Below, piece after piece: positions 11,292-20,216 of a stretch of 32,000 nt of DNA. The stretch covers positions 480,001 to 512,000 of the forward strand of contig NC_007181.1 in the NCBI RefSeq assembly GCF_000012285.1, written 5' to 3'. The notes under the pieces are model-generated. The model saw nothing but the letters and a program-made list of their open reading frames with translations, had not been told where the DNA came from and made no database searches. The position numbers and the translations under genes were made by a program. Source of the stretch: Sulfolobus acidocaldarius DSM 639. Its GTDB lineage: Archaea; Thermoproteota; Thermoprotei_A; Sulfolobales; Sulfolobaceae. The first letter of the stretch is position 1; the number at the start of each line of letters is the position of its first letter.

Positions 11292-11839
11292 ACTTGGTTC
11301 ACCTTAAATTGAGATATAAGTTCTAAAGGAGTATTGCAAACCCAATTCAATGCATCAGACTCAGAAGCTCCTAGTGATGTTAGTAGTGAAATTTTAGAGT
11401 AAGGGCTCCACACTTCATTGAACTTAGCTGCACATGATGAAATTAATGGAAATCTTATCCATCTACTAGACCATGTAATCAGTCTGTATATCACGTCAAA
11501 CGTCACTTCATTAAGTCTTACCTCTACGAATTTATTATACTGTGATATGAGACTTAACATGGTTTTTTTAAAGAGAGATAAATTGTCTCTGCCCAATATA
11601 ATTGCATTTACTCTATGATCAATTATTGCTGATTTCAATGCGTCCAAAGACAATGGCTTTACAAAAATAGTAGCCTTAGGAGTAGATTTTAGAGCGTTAT
11701 AAAGGGCCTTTGTGTTGTTACATACTATAGTGAATCTTCTTAGGCTCTGCTTACCATCCTCAGATAAAAAATAATCATAACCAAGCCTTTTAAGAAATGG
11801 AAATAAATCAGAATTAAGAACGCATGGCTCTACTAGCAA
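11288..11839 (-). CDS. rnp3: RNase P protein component 3 (Rpp30 family)
   Basis: 183-aa ORF with a 4-nt overlap onto rnp2. The assignment rests mainly on conserved superoperon position and size. Confidence 0.6.
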   Translation of the reverse strand: MLVEPCVLNSDLFPFLKRLGYDYFLSEDGKQSLRRFTIVCNNTKALYNALKSTPKATIFVKPLSLDALKSAIIDHRVNAIILGRDNLSLFKKTMLSLISQYNKFVEVRLNEVTFDVIYRLITWSSRWIRFPLISSCAAKFNEVWSPYSKISLLTSLGASESDALNWVCNTPLELISQFKVNQV

Positions 11840-12248
11840 ATTTTCTCAACTCTTCAGATATATTTTCATGTCTTTCTTTAAAACTAATGATAATTTTTAT
11901 TACATCATCGCCTTCTTTCAGATAGATCTTATTGTCATAAATTAATCTCTGCTTATCTACTCTTATGTGAAGCTTTGTACCATCTAACCTCGTATTAAGA
12001 GTGGATATAAGAATAGCTAGATCAGCCTTATCCAAGGCGTTAATTAGTTTATTGAAAGCTTCAATTGCCAATTTACCTTTAATTTTAATTTCTGTTACAA
12101 TAATACGATTTCCGTAATAACCTTGCACTACTCTACTCGCAAAATCACCACTTTGAATATTAAAGAAAGAGAAGATTGAGGATAATATTCTATCTTTGTT
12201 TTCTGTTTCATGACAAAATACCGAAATAGAAATTTCAGATATCTTCAT
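11814..12248 (-). CDS. conserved archaeal protein of the exosome superoperon (COG1325-like predicted RNA-binding protein)
   Basis: 144-aa ORF overlapping L15e by 4 nt and Rpp30 by 26 nt. The position matches the uncharacterised conserved gene between L15e and Rpp30 in archaeal superoperons. Confidence 0.55.
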
Positions 12249-12898
12249 TTCCCAGGAATCTTCCTTCCACTATGTTGTAACCTGTAATATCTTGTGGCTT
12301 CGTGTCTCCTCTTTAGTTGTCTCTCTTTCTGCTTCTTTTTCCATTTTCTTTGTACTGTACCCTTGAGACCTCTAGATTTAGTTAGTCCTCTAGACTTTTG
12401 TCCAGCACTAGTGAGTCCTCTAAACACTCTCTTTCTATTTACAGAGTCTTGAAGCCATTTTAACTCAGGGTCAGATCTAATAACTGGATGAGAATAATCA
12501 ACCATAATTACCTCATAGTACTTATACATTCCGTCTTCTGCCACATAATAACTTCCAAGTACTTCTAGGTTAGGGAATTTTCTTGCAGCTCTTTCCTCGG
12601 CTATCCACCTGTATCCTTTTGATGGACCGTATCCGTAAACACCCATTCTCTTAGGTCTTCTGCCACTATTCGGCCTTGGCTTGTTTAGTCCACCTCTCCT
12701 CACTCTTACTCTAACCATCACAAATCCTTGCTTAGCCTTATATCCCAAGGCTCTTGCTCTGTTCAGCCTAGTTGGTCTATCTATTCTAGTAATTGCAGGT
12801 TGTCTTCTCCATTCTATTAACCTTTTTCTTAAAATTGATCTCCTCCAATCTTTGTTTTGCCATGTTTGTTCTATATAATGATACATAGATAATGTCAT
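12245..12898 (-). CDS. rpl15e: 50S ribosomal protein L15e
   Basis: 217-aa highly basic ORF with [11 protein letters not shown]...[30 protein letters not shown]. Confidence 0.95.
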
Positions 12899-12961
12899 TT
12901 CTTACCTACTGAACTAATTCATAAATACATATTAATAAATGTAATTGCCCAAAAATATTAG

Positions 12962-14164
12962 ATGATAACTGTAGGTTTGATAGGCAAGACAAATGTAGGC
13001 AAGAGTACATTCTTTTCCGCTGCTACACTTATAGATGTGGAAATAGCGAACAGACCATTCGTCACTATAAATCCAAACATAGGAATAGCATATGTGAGAG
13101 ATACTTGTGTACATACTGAGGTAAACGTAAAGTGTAATCCCAGAAATTCCGTAGATATGGACAATTACAGATATATACCGATAAAACTAGTCGATGTAGC
13201 TGGACTAATTCCTGGTGCTCACCAAGGGCGTGGTCTAGGTAATAAATTCCTAGATGATCTACGAAAAGCTGATGTTTTGATACATGTGATTGATGCTAGT
13301 GGATCCACAAATGAGGAGGGATTACCTATCCCTACTGGAAGTAGAGACCCAGAAGAGGACATAAAGTTTGTTATTAATGAAATTGAGGAGTGGTTTTACT
13401 CTATAGTAACAAAAGATTGGCAGAAATTTGCGAGGACCGTGGACCTTGCGAACAAAGATCCTGAGGAGGAGTTATTATCAAAGCTCTCCGGTTTATCAAT
13501 TAACAAATTTCATATAGTTAGTGCATTAAAGGAAACTAAATTGGAGAACCTGAAGTTAATGCAGTGGAGCGAAGATGATTTACGTAACTTTACACGAAAA
13601 CTGAGAGAAATTTCAAAACCTATTGTTATAGCAGCAAACAAGGCAGATATAAAAGAGTCGAGAAAATTCATAGAAAAACTAAAACAAAAGTATCAGTGGA
13701 TAGTGCCGGTAAGCGCAGAATCAGAACTCGCCTTACGCAGAGCTTCAAAAGCAGGTCTAATCAAATATCTCCCAGGAGATAATCAAATAAAAATCCTTAA
13801 AGAACTTAATCAGAAGCAGAGAGAAGCATTAGACTATATACAGACAAATGTCATTGATGTGTATGGAGGTACTGGTGTTCAGCAAGCTATAAACATTGCA
13901 GTATTAGATGCATTACAAATGATAGTAGTATACCCGGTGGAAGACGAAAAAAGATATACAGACCATAACGGAAATGTCCTACCAGATGCTATACTAATAA
14001 AAAGAAATTCAACGCCCAAAGATCTAGCTTCAGTTATACATACTGAATTGGCTAAAGGATTTCTTTATGCTATAGATGCAAAAAAGAAAATAAGGGTCGG
14101 AGAAGATTATAAGTTACAACACAGGGATATTATTAAAATTGTTTCGTCTACTGCTAAGCCTTAA
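12962..14164 (+). CDS. Obg/YchF-DRG-type GTP-binding protein with C-terminal TGS domain
   Basis: G1 GKTNVGKST and G3 DVAGLIPGA motifs, NKAD specificity motif, and a TGS-like C-terminus (LQHRDIIKIV). Confidence 0.85.
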   Translation: MITVGLIGKTNVGKSTFFSAATLIDVEIANRPFVTINPNIGIAYVRDTCVHTEVNVKCNPRNSVDMDNYRYIPIKLVDVAGLIPGAHQGRGLGNKFLDDLRKADVLIHVIDASGSTNEEGLPIPTGSRDPEEDIKFVINEIEEWFYSIVTKDWQKFARTVDLANKDPEEELLSKLSGLSINKFHIVSALKETKLENLKLMQWSEDDLRNFTRKLREISKPIVIAANKADIKESRKFIEKLKQKYQWIVPVSAESELALRRASKAGLIKYLPGDNQIKILKELNQKQREALDYIQTNVIDVYGGTGVQQAINIAVLDALQMIVVYPVEDEKRYTDHNGNVLPDAILIKRNSTPKDLASVIHTELAKGFLYAIDAKKKIRVGEDYKLQHRDIIKIVSSTAKP

Positions 14165-15371
14165 AAAACTCTCCCTGATTCACGTCTCTATTTACGACAG
14201 ATCCAGGATAAATTTTTGCATATGCACCTATCTTAATTCCTGGAAGAATGGTGACATTAATTCCTGTTCTTACATGATCTCCTATTATAGCTCCTAATTT
14301 CTTCCTTCCACTACTTACTCTTTGACCCTTTACGTTCATCTTGATCTCTTTTTCGTCGAATCTTAAATTTGCTATAACTGTCCCTGCTCCAAAATTTACA
14401 TCTTCGCCAATTACAGAATCACCCACGTAACTGAGATGAGGAATCTTAGAATTTTCCATAACTATAGATTCCTTGATTTCAGTATGTGTGCCGATTTTAA
14501 CATCATTTAGAAGCACTGTATATGGTCTAATGTATGAATGAGGACCTATATGACAACCTTTACCTATATATGTAGGTCCTTCAATGTAAGAGAATGACCT
14601 AATCTCTGCTCCTTCTTCAATTATCACCTTACCCTTTATTTTAACAAAATCCTCTACGTTACCTACATTTTTACTATAGAGCAGATTATCTAGTGCCCAT
14701 TTATTAACACTTAAAATATCCCAAGGTCTACCGATATCTATCCAAAATCCCTCATATTTTAAAACCTTCACTTTAGAACTTTTAGACATCAAGCTAACTG
14801 CGTCAGTAAGCTCTAGCTCTCCCCTAGGTGATTTAGAAATCTTTTCTAAATAATGAAATATATCTGGCCCTAATTTATATATGCCACCATTAATTAGATT
14901 ACTAGGAGGATTTTCAGGCTTTTCAATTATTTCCTTTAACTCGTTATTATGATCTGCAACAAGAACGCCGTAATCCTTAGGATTTTGAACTCTAACTCCT
15001 AAGATAACATTTTCAGACTCCTCTCTTATCACTTTTTCTATAATTCCTAAATCTCCTAAAAATACATCCCCATACATTAGTAGTATATTTTCGTTTCCGG
15101 ATACACTATTTCTTACAGCATTCAAGGCTGCTGCTGTACCTTTACCTTCATTTTGAATCACCAATTTAACTAAACTTCCTATCCTGCTTTCAAAGTACTC
15201 CCTATATGCATTATTTACTACTATGATTATATCCAAGTTTAACTTTCGTAATTCTTCAATTACATAAGAAATAAGTGGTTTACCAAGAATAGGAATAAAT
15301 TGTTTAGGTCTAGTTTGAGTTACCGGTTCCAGCCTTTCTCCTGAACCTGCCGCAAGAATTACTGCTTTCAT
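14154..15371 (-). CDS. bifunctional-type sugar-1-phosphate nucleotidyltransferase with C-terminal left-handed beta-helix (GlmU-like)
   Basis: N-terminus KAVILAAGSGERLEPVT (the GxGxR nucleotidyltransferase loop). The C-terminal third is made of hexapeptide repeats (IGxxxxIxxxSYI...). Confidence 0.85.
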   Translation of the reverse strand: MKAVILAAGSGERLEPVTQTRPKQFIPILGKPLISYVIEELRKLNLDIIIVVNNAYREYFESRIGSLVKLVIQNEGKGTAAALNAVRNSVSGNENILLMYGDVFLGDLGIIEKVIREESENVILGVRVQNPKDYGVLVADHNNELKEIIEKPENPPSNLINGGIYKLGPDIFHYLEKISKSPRGELELTDAVSLMSKSSKVKVLKYEGFWIDIGRPWDILSVNKWALDNLLYSKNVGNVEDFVKIKGKVIIEEGAEIRSFSYIEGPTYIGKGCHIGPHSYIRPYTVLLNDVKIGTHTEIKESIVMENSKIPHLSYVGDSVIGEDVNFGAGTVIANLRFDEKEIKMNVKGQRVSSGRKKLGAIIGDHVRTGINVTILPGIKIGAYAKIYPGSVVNRDVNQGEFFKA

Positions 15372-15382
15372 TTAATCTATGC

Positions 15383-15976
15383 TTATACTTTAGGAGCTTT
15401 AAGTAATTTAGTCTTCTCAATTTCAACTTTTCTCAGCGGATATATCTTCTTAGCTTCTTGGAATATGTCATTGGATAATTTGCCAAATATTACGTCTTGA
15501 ACAAATTGATCAAAATCGCTTTCCTCTGCTTTCTTCCTAGTAATATCTGAAATGACTTTTCTAATTGCAGTCTTTTGTGATATATGAGCTCTATAAGTTG
15601 TTAACACCAAGCCCTTTACCCTTAACATATAGCCGTCTTTTGTGGTTACATCAACTACTGCATTTATCTTTGAGCTCTTCCTTCTTACCAAAGATCTAAT
15701 GTAATCTCTAGATAATTCATGCCCATAAAATATAGTGCTGAGTTTATCTCCACTTATATTACCTAAAATCTTGAAATATAGATGTATATATACTAGGTTA
15801 TAATCCCCTGTAAGATCATATAAAGTAACCTCTATTTTTCTACTTAAAGCCTTATTAATATCATATGCTGGAGTGCTACCTAACAGAGCTTCGCCGAAAA
15901 CCTTAGGAGCAGTAATTACATACCACTTCTTAAGTTTCCATTTGTCCCTGATCGTTGAGCTTGATTTCGAAGACAT
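15383..15976 (-). CDS. rps3ae: 30S ribosomal protein S3Ae (eS1)
   Basis: 197-aa ORF with DKWKLKKWYVITAPKVFG, typical of S3Ae. Confidence 0.95.
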   Translation of the reverse strand: MSSKSSSTIRDKWKLKKWYVITAPKVFGEALLGSTPAYDINKALSRKIEVTLYDLTGDYNLVYIHLYFKILGNISGDKLSTIFYGHELSRDYIRSLVRRKSSKINAVVDVTTKDGYMLRVKGLVLTTYRAHISQKTAIRKVISDITRKKAEESDFDQFVQDVIFGKLSNDIFQEAKKIYPLRKVEIEKTKLLKAPKV

Positions 15977-16000
15977 GACTAAATGTTATTCAAGCATTAT

Positions 16001-16708
16001 TTATAAAAGTTTATCACTCTCATTTTCCTTCTTTGCTAACCTAACGTAGATTTTTCGCAGTATCCTAACTATGGTCATAGCTTCTTCATTATCTTCTATG
16101 CCTTTAATTAGAACTCTCTTTAATACAAGGTACATACTTTTTGTTGCTTCTTTGTTAACTAGAATATCTGTGATCTTCTTAGAGTAGTCATCAATTAGTT
16201 TAATAGGTTCAGACGATACAGTGGGAACTTTGTTATCTCTGTTTCTCCATAGCTCATACAGTACTATCCCTACTGCGTGCGAAAGATTTAGAACAGGATA
16301 TTCTGGGTTTGCTGGTATAAATAATAGAAAATCCGATTTAGCTATCTCTTCCCTGGTTAAACCTACACTCTCCCTACCAAAAATAAATGCAACCTTCTTA
16401 TCCTTAATGAGGCGCTCCAAATCTATAGGTCTTATTGACTTACGTAATAAATCTCCTTTAATATCGGCTATACTCGAAGTAGCAATTTTTAGGTCTACAT
16501 CACGTATAGCGTCATCAAAATTGTTGGTTATTTTCATCATTTTTTCTATTACTTCACTACCCTTCGCTGAAAACTTAATGGCTTCATTGATATCACATTT
16601 TGGATTTACTACATAAAATTCATCTATTAGGAAATTTTTGACTAAACGAGCTATAAATCCTAAATTATATGCACCCTCAGGTTCAACTATTACTAGCCTG
16701 ATCGTCAT
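16001..16708 (-). CDS. SpoU/TrmH-family RNA 2'-O-methyltransferase (TrmJ-like)
   Basis: IRLVIVEPEGAYNLGFIARLVKNF N-terminus, FGRESVGLT and LNLSHAVGIVLYEL SPOUT-knot motifs. Confidence 0.8.
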   Translation of the reverse strand: MTIRLVIVEPEGAYNLGFIARLVKNFLIDEFYVVNPKCDINEAIKFSAKGSEVIEKMMKITNNFDDAIRDVDLKIATSSIADIKGDLLRKSIRPIDLERLIKDKKVAFIFGRESVGLTREEIAKSDFLLFIPANPEYPVLNLSHAVGIVLYELWRNRDNKVPTVSSEPIKLIDDYSKKITDILVNKEATKSMYLVLKRVLIKGIEDNEEAMTIVRILRKIYVRLAKKENESDKLL

Positions 16709-17285
16709 TTTTTATCAGCTCCAAACCAATTAACCTTTCCAGACCTATCTTTATTTCCTTTCTGCTAGATATTATGAACCTTTCCTTCAAAAAAGACATT
16801 AATTTATCTTCATCCGATAAAGATGAGTAAACTACGTAGGCTCTCCCAGCCACAACCTCACTTAAGAAGGATAATAAAATATCAATACCACTCTTTCCTC
16901 CAGACCAACTATAACCTAACCAATTGTCATATTCTTCAAATGGAAGGTAAGGAGGATTAAATATAGCAACATCAAACTTCGTATTTCTTATACAATCTAA
17001 TAAGTAACAATTAAGTACGTTTCCGCTGAATCCGTTTGATTTAAGTGTACATAGAGTAGCATCTGCAGCATTAGGGTTGACGTCTATAGATAGAACTCTC
17101 TTTGCACCTAATTTTAAGGCATGCAAAGATAGAATACCGGTTCCACTACCCATATCTAAAACAGTTTCTCCATCTTTAATCTTTATCATTTCCATTATTA
17201 ATTCTGTATCTTCAGCTGGAATATATACATCATCGTTCAGACAAAGTTTATACCCATGGAATGTAATAAATCTGTTATCTCCCAT
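16683..17285 (-). CDS. HemK/PrmC-related (Mtq2-like) N5-glutamine methyltransferase
   Basis: SAM motif I VLDMGSGTGILSL and the catalytic NPPY tetrapeptide (AIFNPPYLP). Confidence 0.8.
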   Translation of the reverse strand: MGDNRFITFHGYKLCLNDDVYIPAEDTELIMEMIKIKDGETVLDMGSGTGILSLHALKLGAKRVLSIDVNPNAADATLCTLKSNGFSGNVLNCYLLDCIRNTKFDVAIFNPPYLPFEEYDNWLGYSWSGGKSGIDILLSFLSEVVAGRAYVVYSSLSDEDKLMSFLKERFIISSRKEIKIGLERLIGLELIKNDDQASNS

Positions 17286-17905
17286 GGCTTAAACTCCCTT
17301 ACCTTCTTATTATTTCGTAATTCAAAATTATAACCACATAACGATAATGCGTTTTTAAGACTCTTGTTTCTATATTTACTAATACATTCTATAATTTCAC
17401 TTATATTTTTATTATATTTTCTCGTCCTATCAAATACAACCAGTTGAGAAAAAACTTTAGGATTGGGTGAGAATGCGCTTGGTGGTACAATGTCAAACAG
17501 TGATATTTTGTAGTAATAATTTAAAAGGTAAGATATTGATGTAGATTTTGAAGTAATTTTATCTATAAAATCTTTCTGTACTATAAGAACTAGTTTTCTA
17601 ATATTATCTAGCTTTATTGCCTCATGAAAAAAGTCTGTTGTTATGTAATAGGGCAAAGAGGATACTACTTGGCCTCTAGTGGTTGGAAGATATCTTCCAT
17701 CTCCTATTATAAGTTGATAATTTCTTAAGTGATTGATAAGAGAAACGTCTATTTCAATCGCAATATCGGGTTTAAGAAATTTTGTAATAACACCGTTGCC
17801 AGATCCAATTTCTATTACGGGTCTTGTAGAATGATCTACAAGAGAAATAAGTTTCTTTATAATACTAATGTCATTTAAAAAGTGCTGTCCTAACTTATTC
17901 TTCAT
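17237..17905 (-). CDS. ksgA: 16S rRNA dimethyladenosine transferase (KsgA/Dim1)
   Basis: KLGQHFL N-terminal signature, EIGSGNG SAM loop, LPYYIT motif. Rather short at 222 aa. Confidence 0.82.
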   Translation of the reverse strand: MKNKLGQHFLNDISIIKKLISLVDHSTRPVIEIGSGNGVITKFLKPDIAIEIDVSLINHLRNYQLIIGDGRYLPTTRGQVVSSLPYYITTDFFHEAIKLDNIRKLVLIVQKDFIDKITSKSTSISYLLNYYYKISLFDIVPPSAFSPNPKVFSQLVVFDRTRKYNKNISEIIECISKYRNKSLKNALSLCGYNFELRNNKKVREFKPWEITDLLHSMGINFV

Positions 17906-18528
17906 CGTAGTCTCTCAAGGTATCCTACATATATTGGTTTTTCTACTACTTTCTTTATTTCTTCAACAGGATAGACGAACAAATAGTATTTTTCCCCTCC
18001 TTGTAATTCCTTTATTATTCTCTCCTCTAATATGTTGACCACGTCCTTCACACCAATCCTTGATTCGATATCCTTATAGGAAGTGAACAACTGTTTCCTT
18101 CTCTCCTCAAGAATGATTCTGAGAGTTTTCTTACCAATATTAGGTAGTAACTCTAATGCATGAAGTTTAAGAGTTAATGGCTCTGCAGTATTAAAGAATT
18201 TAACGAAAATTTCCTCCTTTTGCAAAATTATATTTCTTAAAACTTTAACTAACTCCTCTCTGGCTACTGTGGTTAAATCCTCATATATTACTAAATTATC
18301 TATCTTTAATGGAGTTGAGCCTAACTCGACCCTCTGTTCCAGTTGAAACTCAAATTTGGAATCTAATGGCGATGCCTCCATGAGCATAAAATAATCTTCG
18401 CCGATTAATTGCACAACAGGCTTATTCCTATGATATTGATGCTTGTCTAATGGATTACCCTGTCTCAAATAATCTAATATATATCCATAGTTCTCCAACT
18501 TTTCTTTGACTTGTTTTCTCCTCTGCAT
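17902..18528 (-). CDS. DUF655/COG1491 predicted nucleic-acid-binding protein with HhH motif
   Basis: Conserved slot between rpoF and ksgA. GYILDYL...NKPVVQLIG and LELLPNIGKKTLRIILEER (HhH). I place the start at the internal ATG at 18528 (MQRRKQ); the longer track ORF would overlap rpoF. Confidence 0.7.
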   Translation of the reverse strand: MQRRKQVKEKLENYGYILDYLRQGNPLDKHQYHRNKPVVQLIGEDYFMLMEASPLDSKFEFQLEQRVELGSTPLKIDNLVIYEDLTTVAREELVKVLRNIILQKEEIFVKFFNTAEPLTLKLHALELLPNIGKKTLRIILEERRKQLFTSYKDIESRIGVKDVVNILEERIIKELQGGEKYYLFVYPVEEIKKVVEKPIYVGYLERLR

Positions 18529-18565
18529 ACAAGATATAATAATATTTTTAAAGTAAAAAAATATC

Positions 18566-18910
18566 TCAGCTCTCCACGTACTTTTTAATAATCTCAATAA
18601 TTTTCTGAATCTGCTCAGTACTATAGATTGTAGATGGGTCAATCACAAGAACTGATCTTACTTCTTCTACAGTAGTTGGGCAAATACTTGCCAACACAGC
18701 TCTTACGTCCTCTCTCTTTACAATCTCTTCTAGTTCCTTCATAATTTTAGATGCAGAATCCTCATCACATCGTGATATGGAATTCAAATAATCAAATGTT
18801 TTTTGAATTAAATTAGAAGAACTACCCGTATCTATAAGCTCCTTAATGTATTTCTTAGCTATAGAATAAGGGACAAAATGCTCTTCAATAGTTTTAAGTG
18901 AATATGACAA
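18566..18910 (-). CDS. rpoF: DNA-directed RNA polymerase subunit F (Rpo4)
   Basis: 114-aa acidic helical protein in the conserved L21e-RpoF-DUF655-KsgA cluster. Confidence 0.78.
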   Translation of the reverse strand: MSYSLKTIEEHFVPYSIAKKYIKELIDTGSSSNLIQKTFDYLNSISRCDEDSASKIMKELEEIVKREDVRAVLASICPTTVEEVRSVLVIDPSTIYSTEQIQKIIEIIKKYVES

Positions 18911-18930
18911 AATAATTTCACCTTAAAATA

Positions 18931-19242
18931 TTATCTTTTTTGTATTCCATTAAATGGAATTAAGTGCTCTGGTCTAACTATAAGAACTCTTTCCTTATCA
19001 CCTATATTTACTTTTACCTCGTATGCTTTCCCTCTCTTTCCAACAACTAGACCAACTTTACCATGATACCTTCTATGAGGCATACCTTTATGTATAGAAG
19101 GATTTATTTTAACAACCACGTACTCTCCCTGTGAATAATCATGCATTAATAAGCTTAGTTTCGGTATAGCGCCCTTTTCTCTCACTTTTTTTTCTAATAA
19201 TTTTCTAGTTTTCGATCTGTAACCCTTTGACCTTGCTACCAA
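18931..19242 (-). CDS. rpl21e: 50S ribosomal protein L21e
   Basis: 103-aa ORF with SKGYRSKTRKLL...MPHRRYHGKVG, the L21e signature. Confidence 0.93.
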   Translation of the reverse strand: MVARSKGYRSKTRKLLEKKVREKGAIPKLSLLMHDYSQGEYVVVKINPSIHKGMPHRRYHGKVGLVVGKRGKAYEVKVNIGDKERVLIVRPEHLIPFNGIQKR

Positions 19243-19403
19243 TCTAATTAACCCGTAAAAACTACTACTTTAACCAAATTAAGATTTTTGATTATCAGCT
19301 TAGGGCAACTTTCATACATATAGAAGTAGTTTTGACGAATAGGTTTACATAATTCAATTTGTTCAATTTTATATGAAGACCTTGTTACAAGAGAGCGAAA
19401 ATA

Positions 19404-19413
19404 TTTTAAATAA
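19404..19413 (+). promoter_or_regulatory. candidate TATA box (TTTTAAATAA) for tRNA-Leu
   Basis: An A/T octamer of Sulfolobus TATA type, centred about 30 nt upstream of the first tRNA nucleotide and preceded by purine-rich AGCGAAAA (BRE-like). Confidence 0.5.
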
Positions 19414-19431
19414 TAGAGGCGTTTACTATTC

Positions 19432-19701
19432 TTAGTTGCGGGGGTGCCCGAGCAGGTCAAAGGGGGCGGACTTAAGATCCGCTGGCGTAGGCCTGCGTGG
19501 GTTCAAATCCCACCCCCCGCACTGTGGGGGAGTACTCCCCACATCCTCATTTCGAATGTAAAACTCTACTATCTTGTCTAAGGGACCAACGTAATGTTCC
19601 TTTACCTTACCGTCTCGACCCCTCTCTATGGAGTAAACATAATACTTATTCCCTCTCTGACGTATTTTATATTGCCCAGCAACGAAAGTCCTATAACCCA
19701 T
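19432..19701 (-). pseudogene. orphan N-terminal fragment, int(N), of an SSV-type partitioning integrase reading into tRNA-Leu
   Basis: The translation YKIRQRGNKYYVYSIERGRDGKVKEHYVGPLDKIVEFYI closely parallels the N-terminus of the fusellovirus SSV1 integrase as I recall it ([31 protein letters not shown]). The ORF then runs antisense through the tRNA-Leu 3' half (GGWDLNPRRP is the T-arm complement), as expected for an att site inside int. No catalytic C-terminal part is present. Confidence 0.8.
19438..19521 (+). tRNA. tRNA-Leu (anticodon UAA)
   Basis: Hand-folded cloverleaf. Acceptor GCGGGGG/CCCCCGC, anticodon stem GCGGA/TCCGC with loop CTTAAGA, a long variable arm, T-arm TGGG-TTCAAAT-CCCA, and discriminator A. 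No intron and no encoded CCA. Confidence 0.93.
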
Positions 19702-20054
19702 ATATTAACTATGCCCTTTTCAGATAATTAAAGTTTAAAAGGAATTGTCACGATCAAATCTAAAATTGAAAGTAAGGGGTAAAACTCTTCATTAACAATA
19801 CTAATAAATGGTTTATTATCATTATTTTTTAAATTCGACTAGGGAAGGTGTCTTTTTATTCGTCATTTTCAAGCCTTGTATTATGGTTACCAATTCGCGT
19901 TTATAACTATTGTTAACGCGTAAAAAGTTACCAAATTTTACCTAGAGTTTAAAGTTAACGATAAAAACTCCTCAGGCTCACAAGAATTGAATAATTTATA
20001 AATATGATGATTATATTATACGTGAGATTAAAGGGCAGTATTATGTGTATAACA

Positions 20055-20099
<45 letters not shown>

Positions 20100-20216
20100 A
20101 CTCTTTTTGTTACCAATTCACGCCTGAGTAACGCTGTAAAGTTACCAAAGTCCAACTTTTTGCACAAAACAACATTAAAATTCTGTATTAAACATAAAAC
20201 CAATCCATGAGATGCG

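Noticed and set aside
12932-13164. Two minus-strand ORFs (60 and 68 aa) at the L15e / GTPase divergent region
   Set aside because: They overlap the well-supported N-terminus (P-loop) of the plus-strand GTPase and have no motifs or plausible promoter spacing.
17902-18642. Long (246-aa) version of the DUF655 ORF
   Set aside because: The first 38 codons overlap the rpoF 3' end in another frame and look non-protein-like (…RFRKLLRLLKSTWRAEIFFYF…). The internal ATG at 18528 gives the conserved N-terminus.
19248-19460. 70-aa minus-strand ORF between L21e and tRNA-Leu
   Set aside because: It overlaps the tRNA-Leu 5' end and its promoter, and the sequence is unremarkable. This is most likely the non-coding divergent promoter region.
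19497-19727. 76-aa plus-strand ORF starting inside tRNA-Leu
   Set aside because: It is antisense to the int(N) fragment, whose translation has a specific recognisable integrase N-terminal motif. This frame has none.
20003-20054. Possible C/D-box sRNA (ATGATGA at about 20004) just outside attL
   Set aside because: No CTGA D box at an appropriate distance and no terminal stem. ATGATGA is expected by chance in AT-rich DNA.
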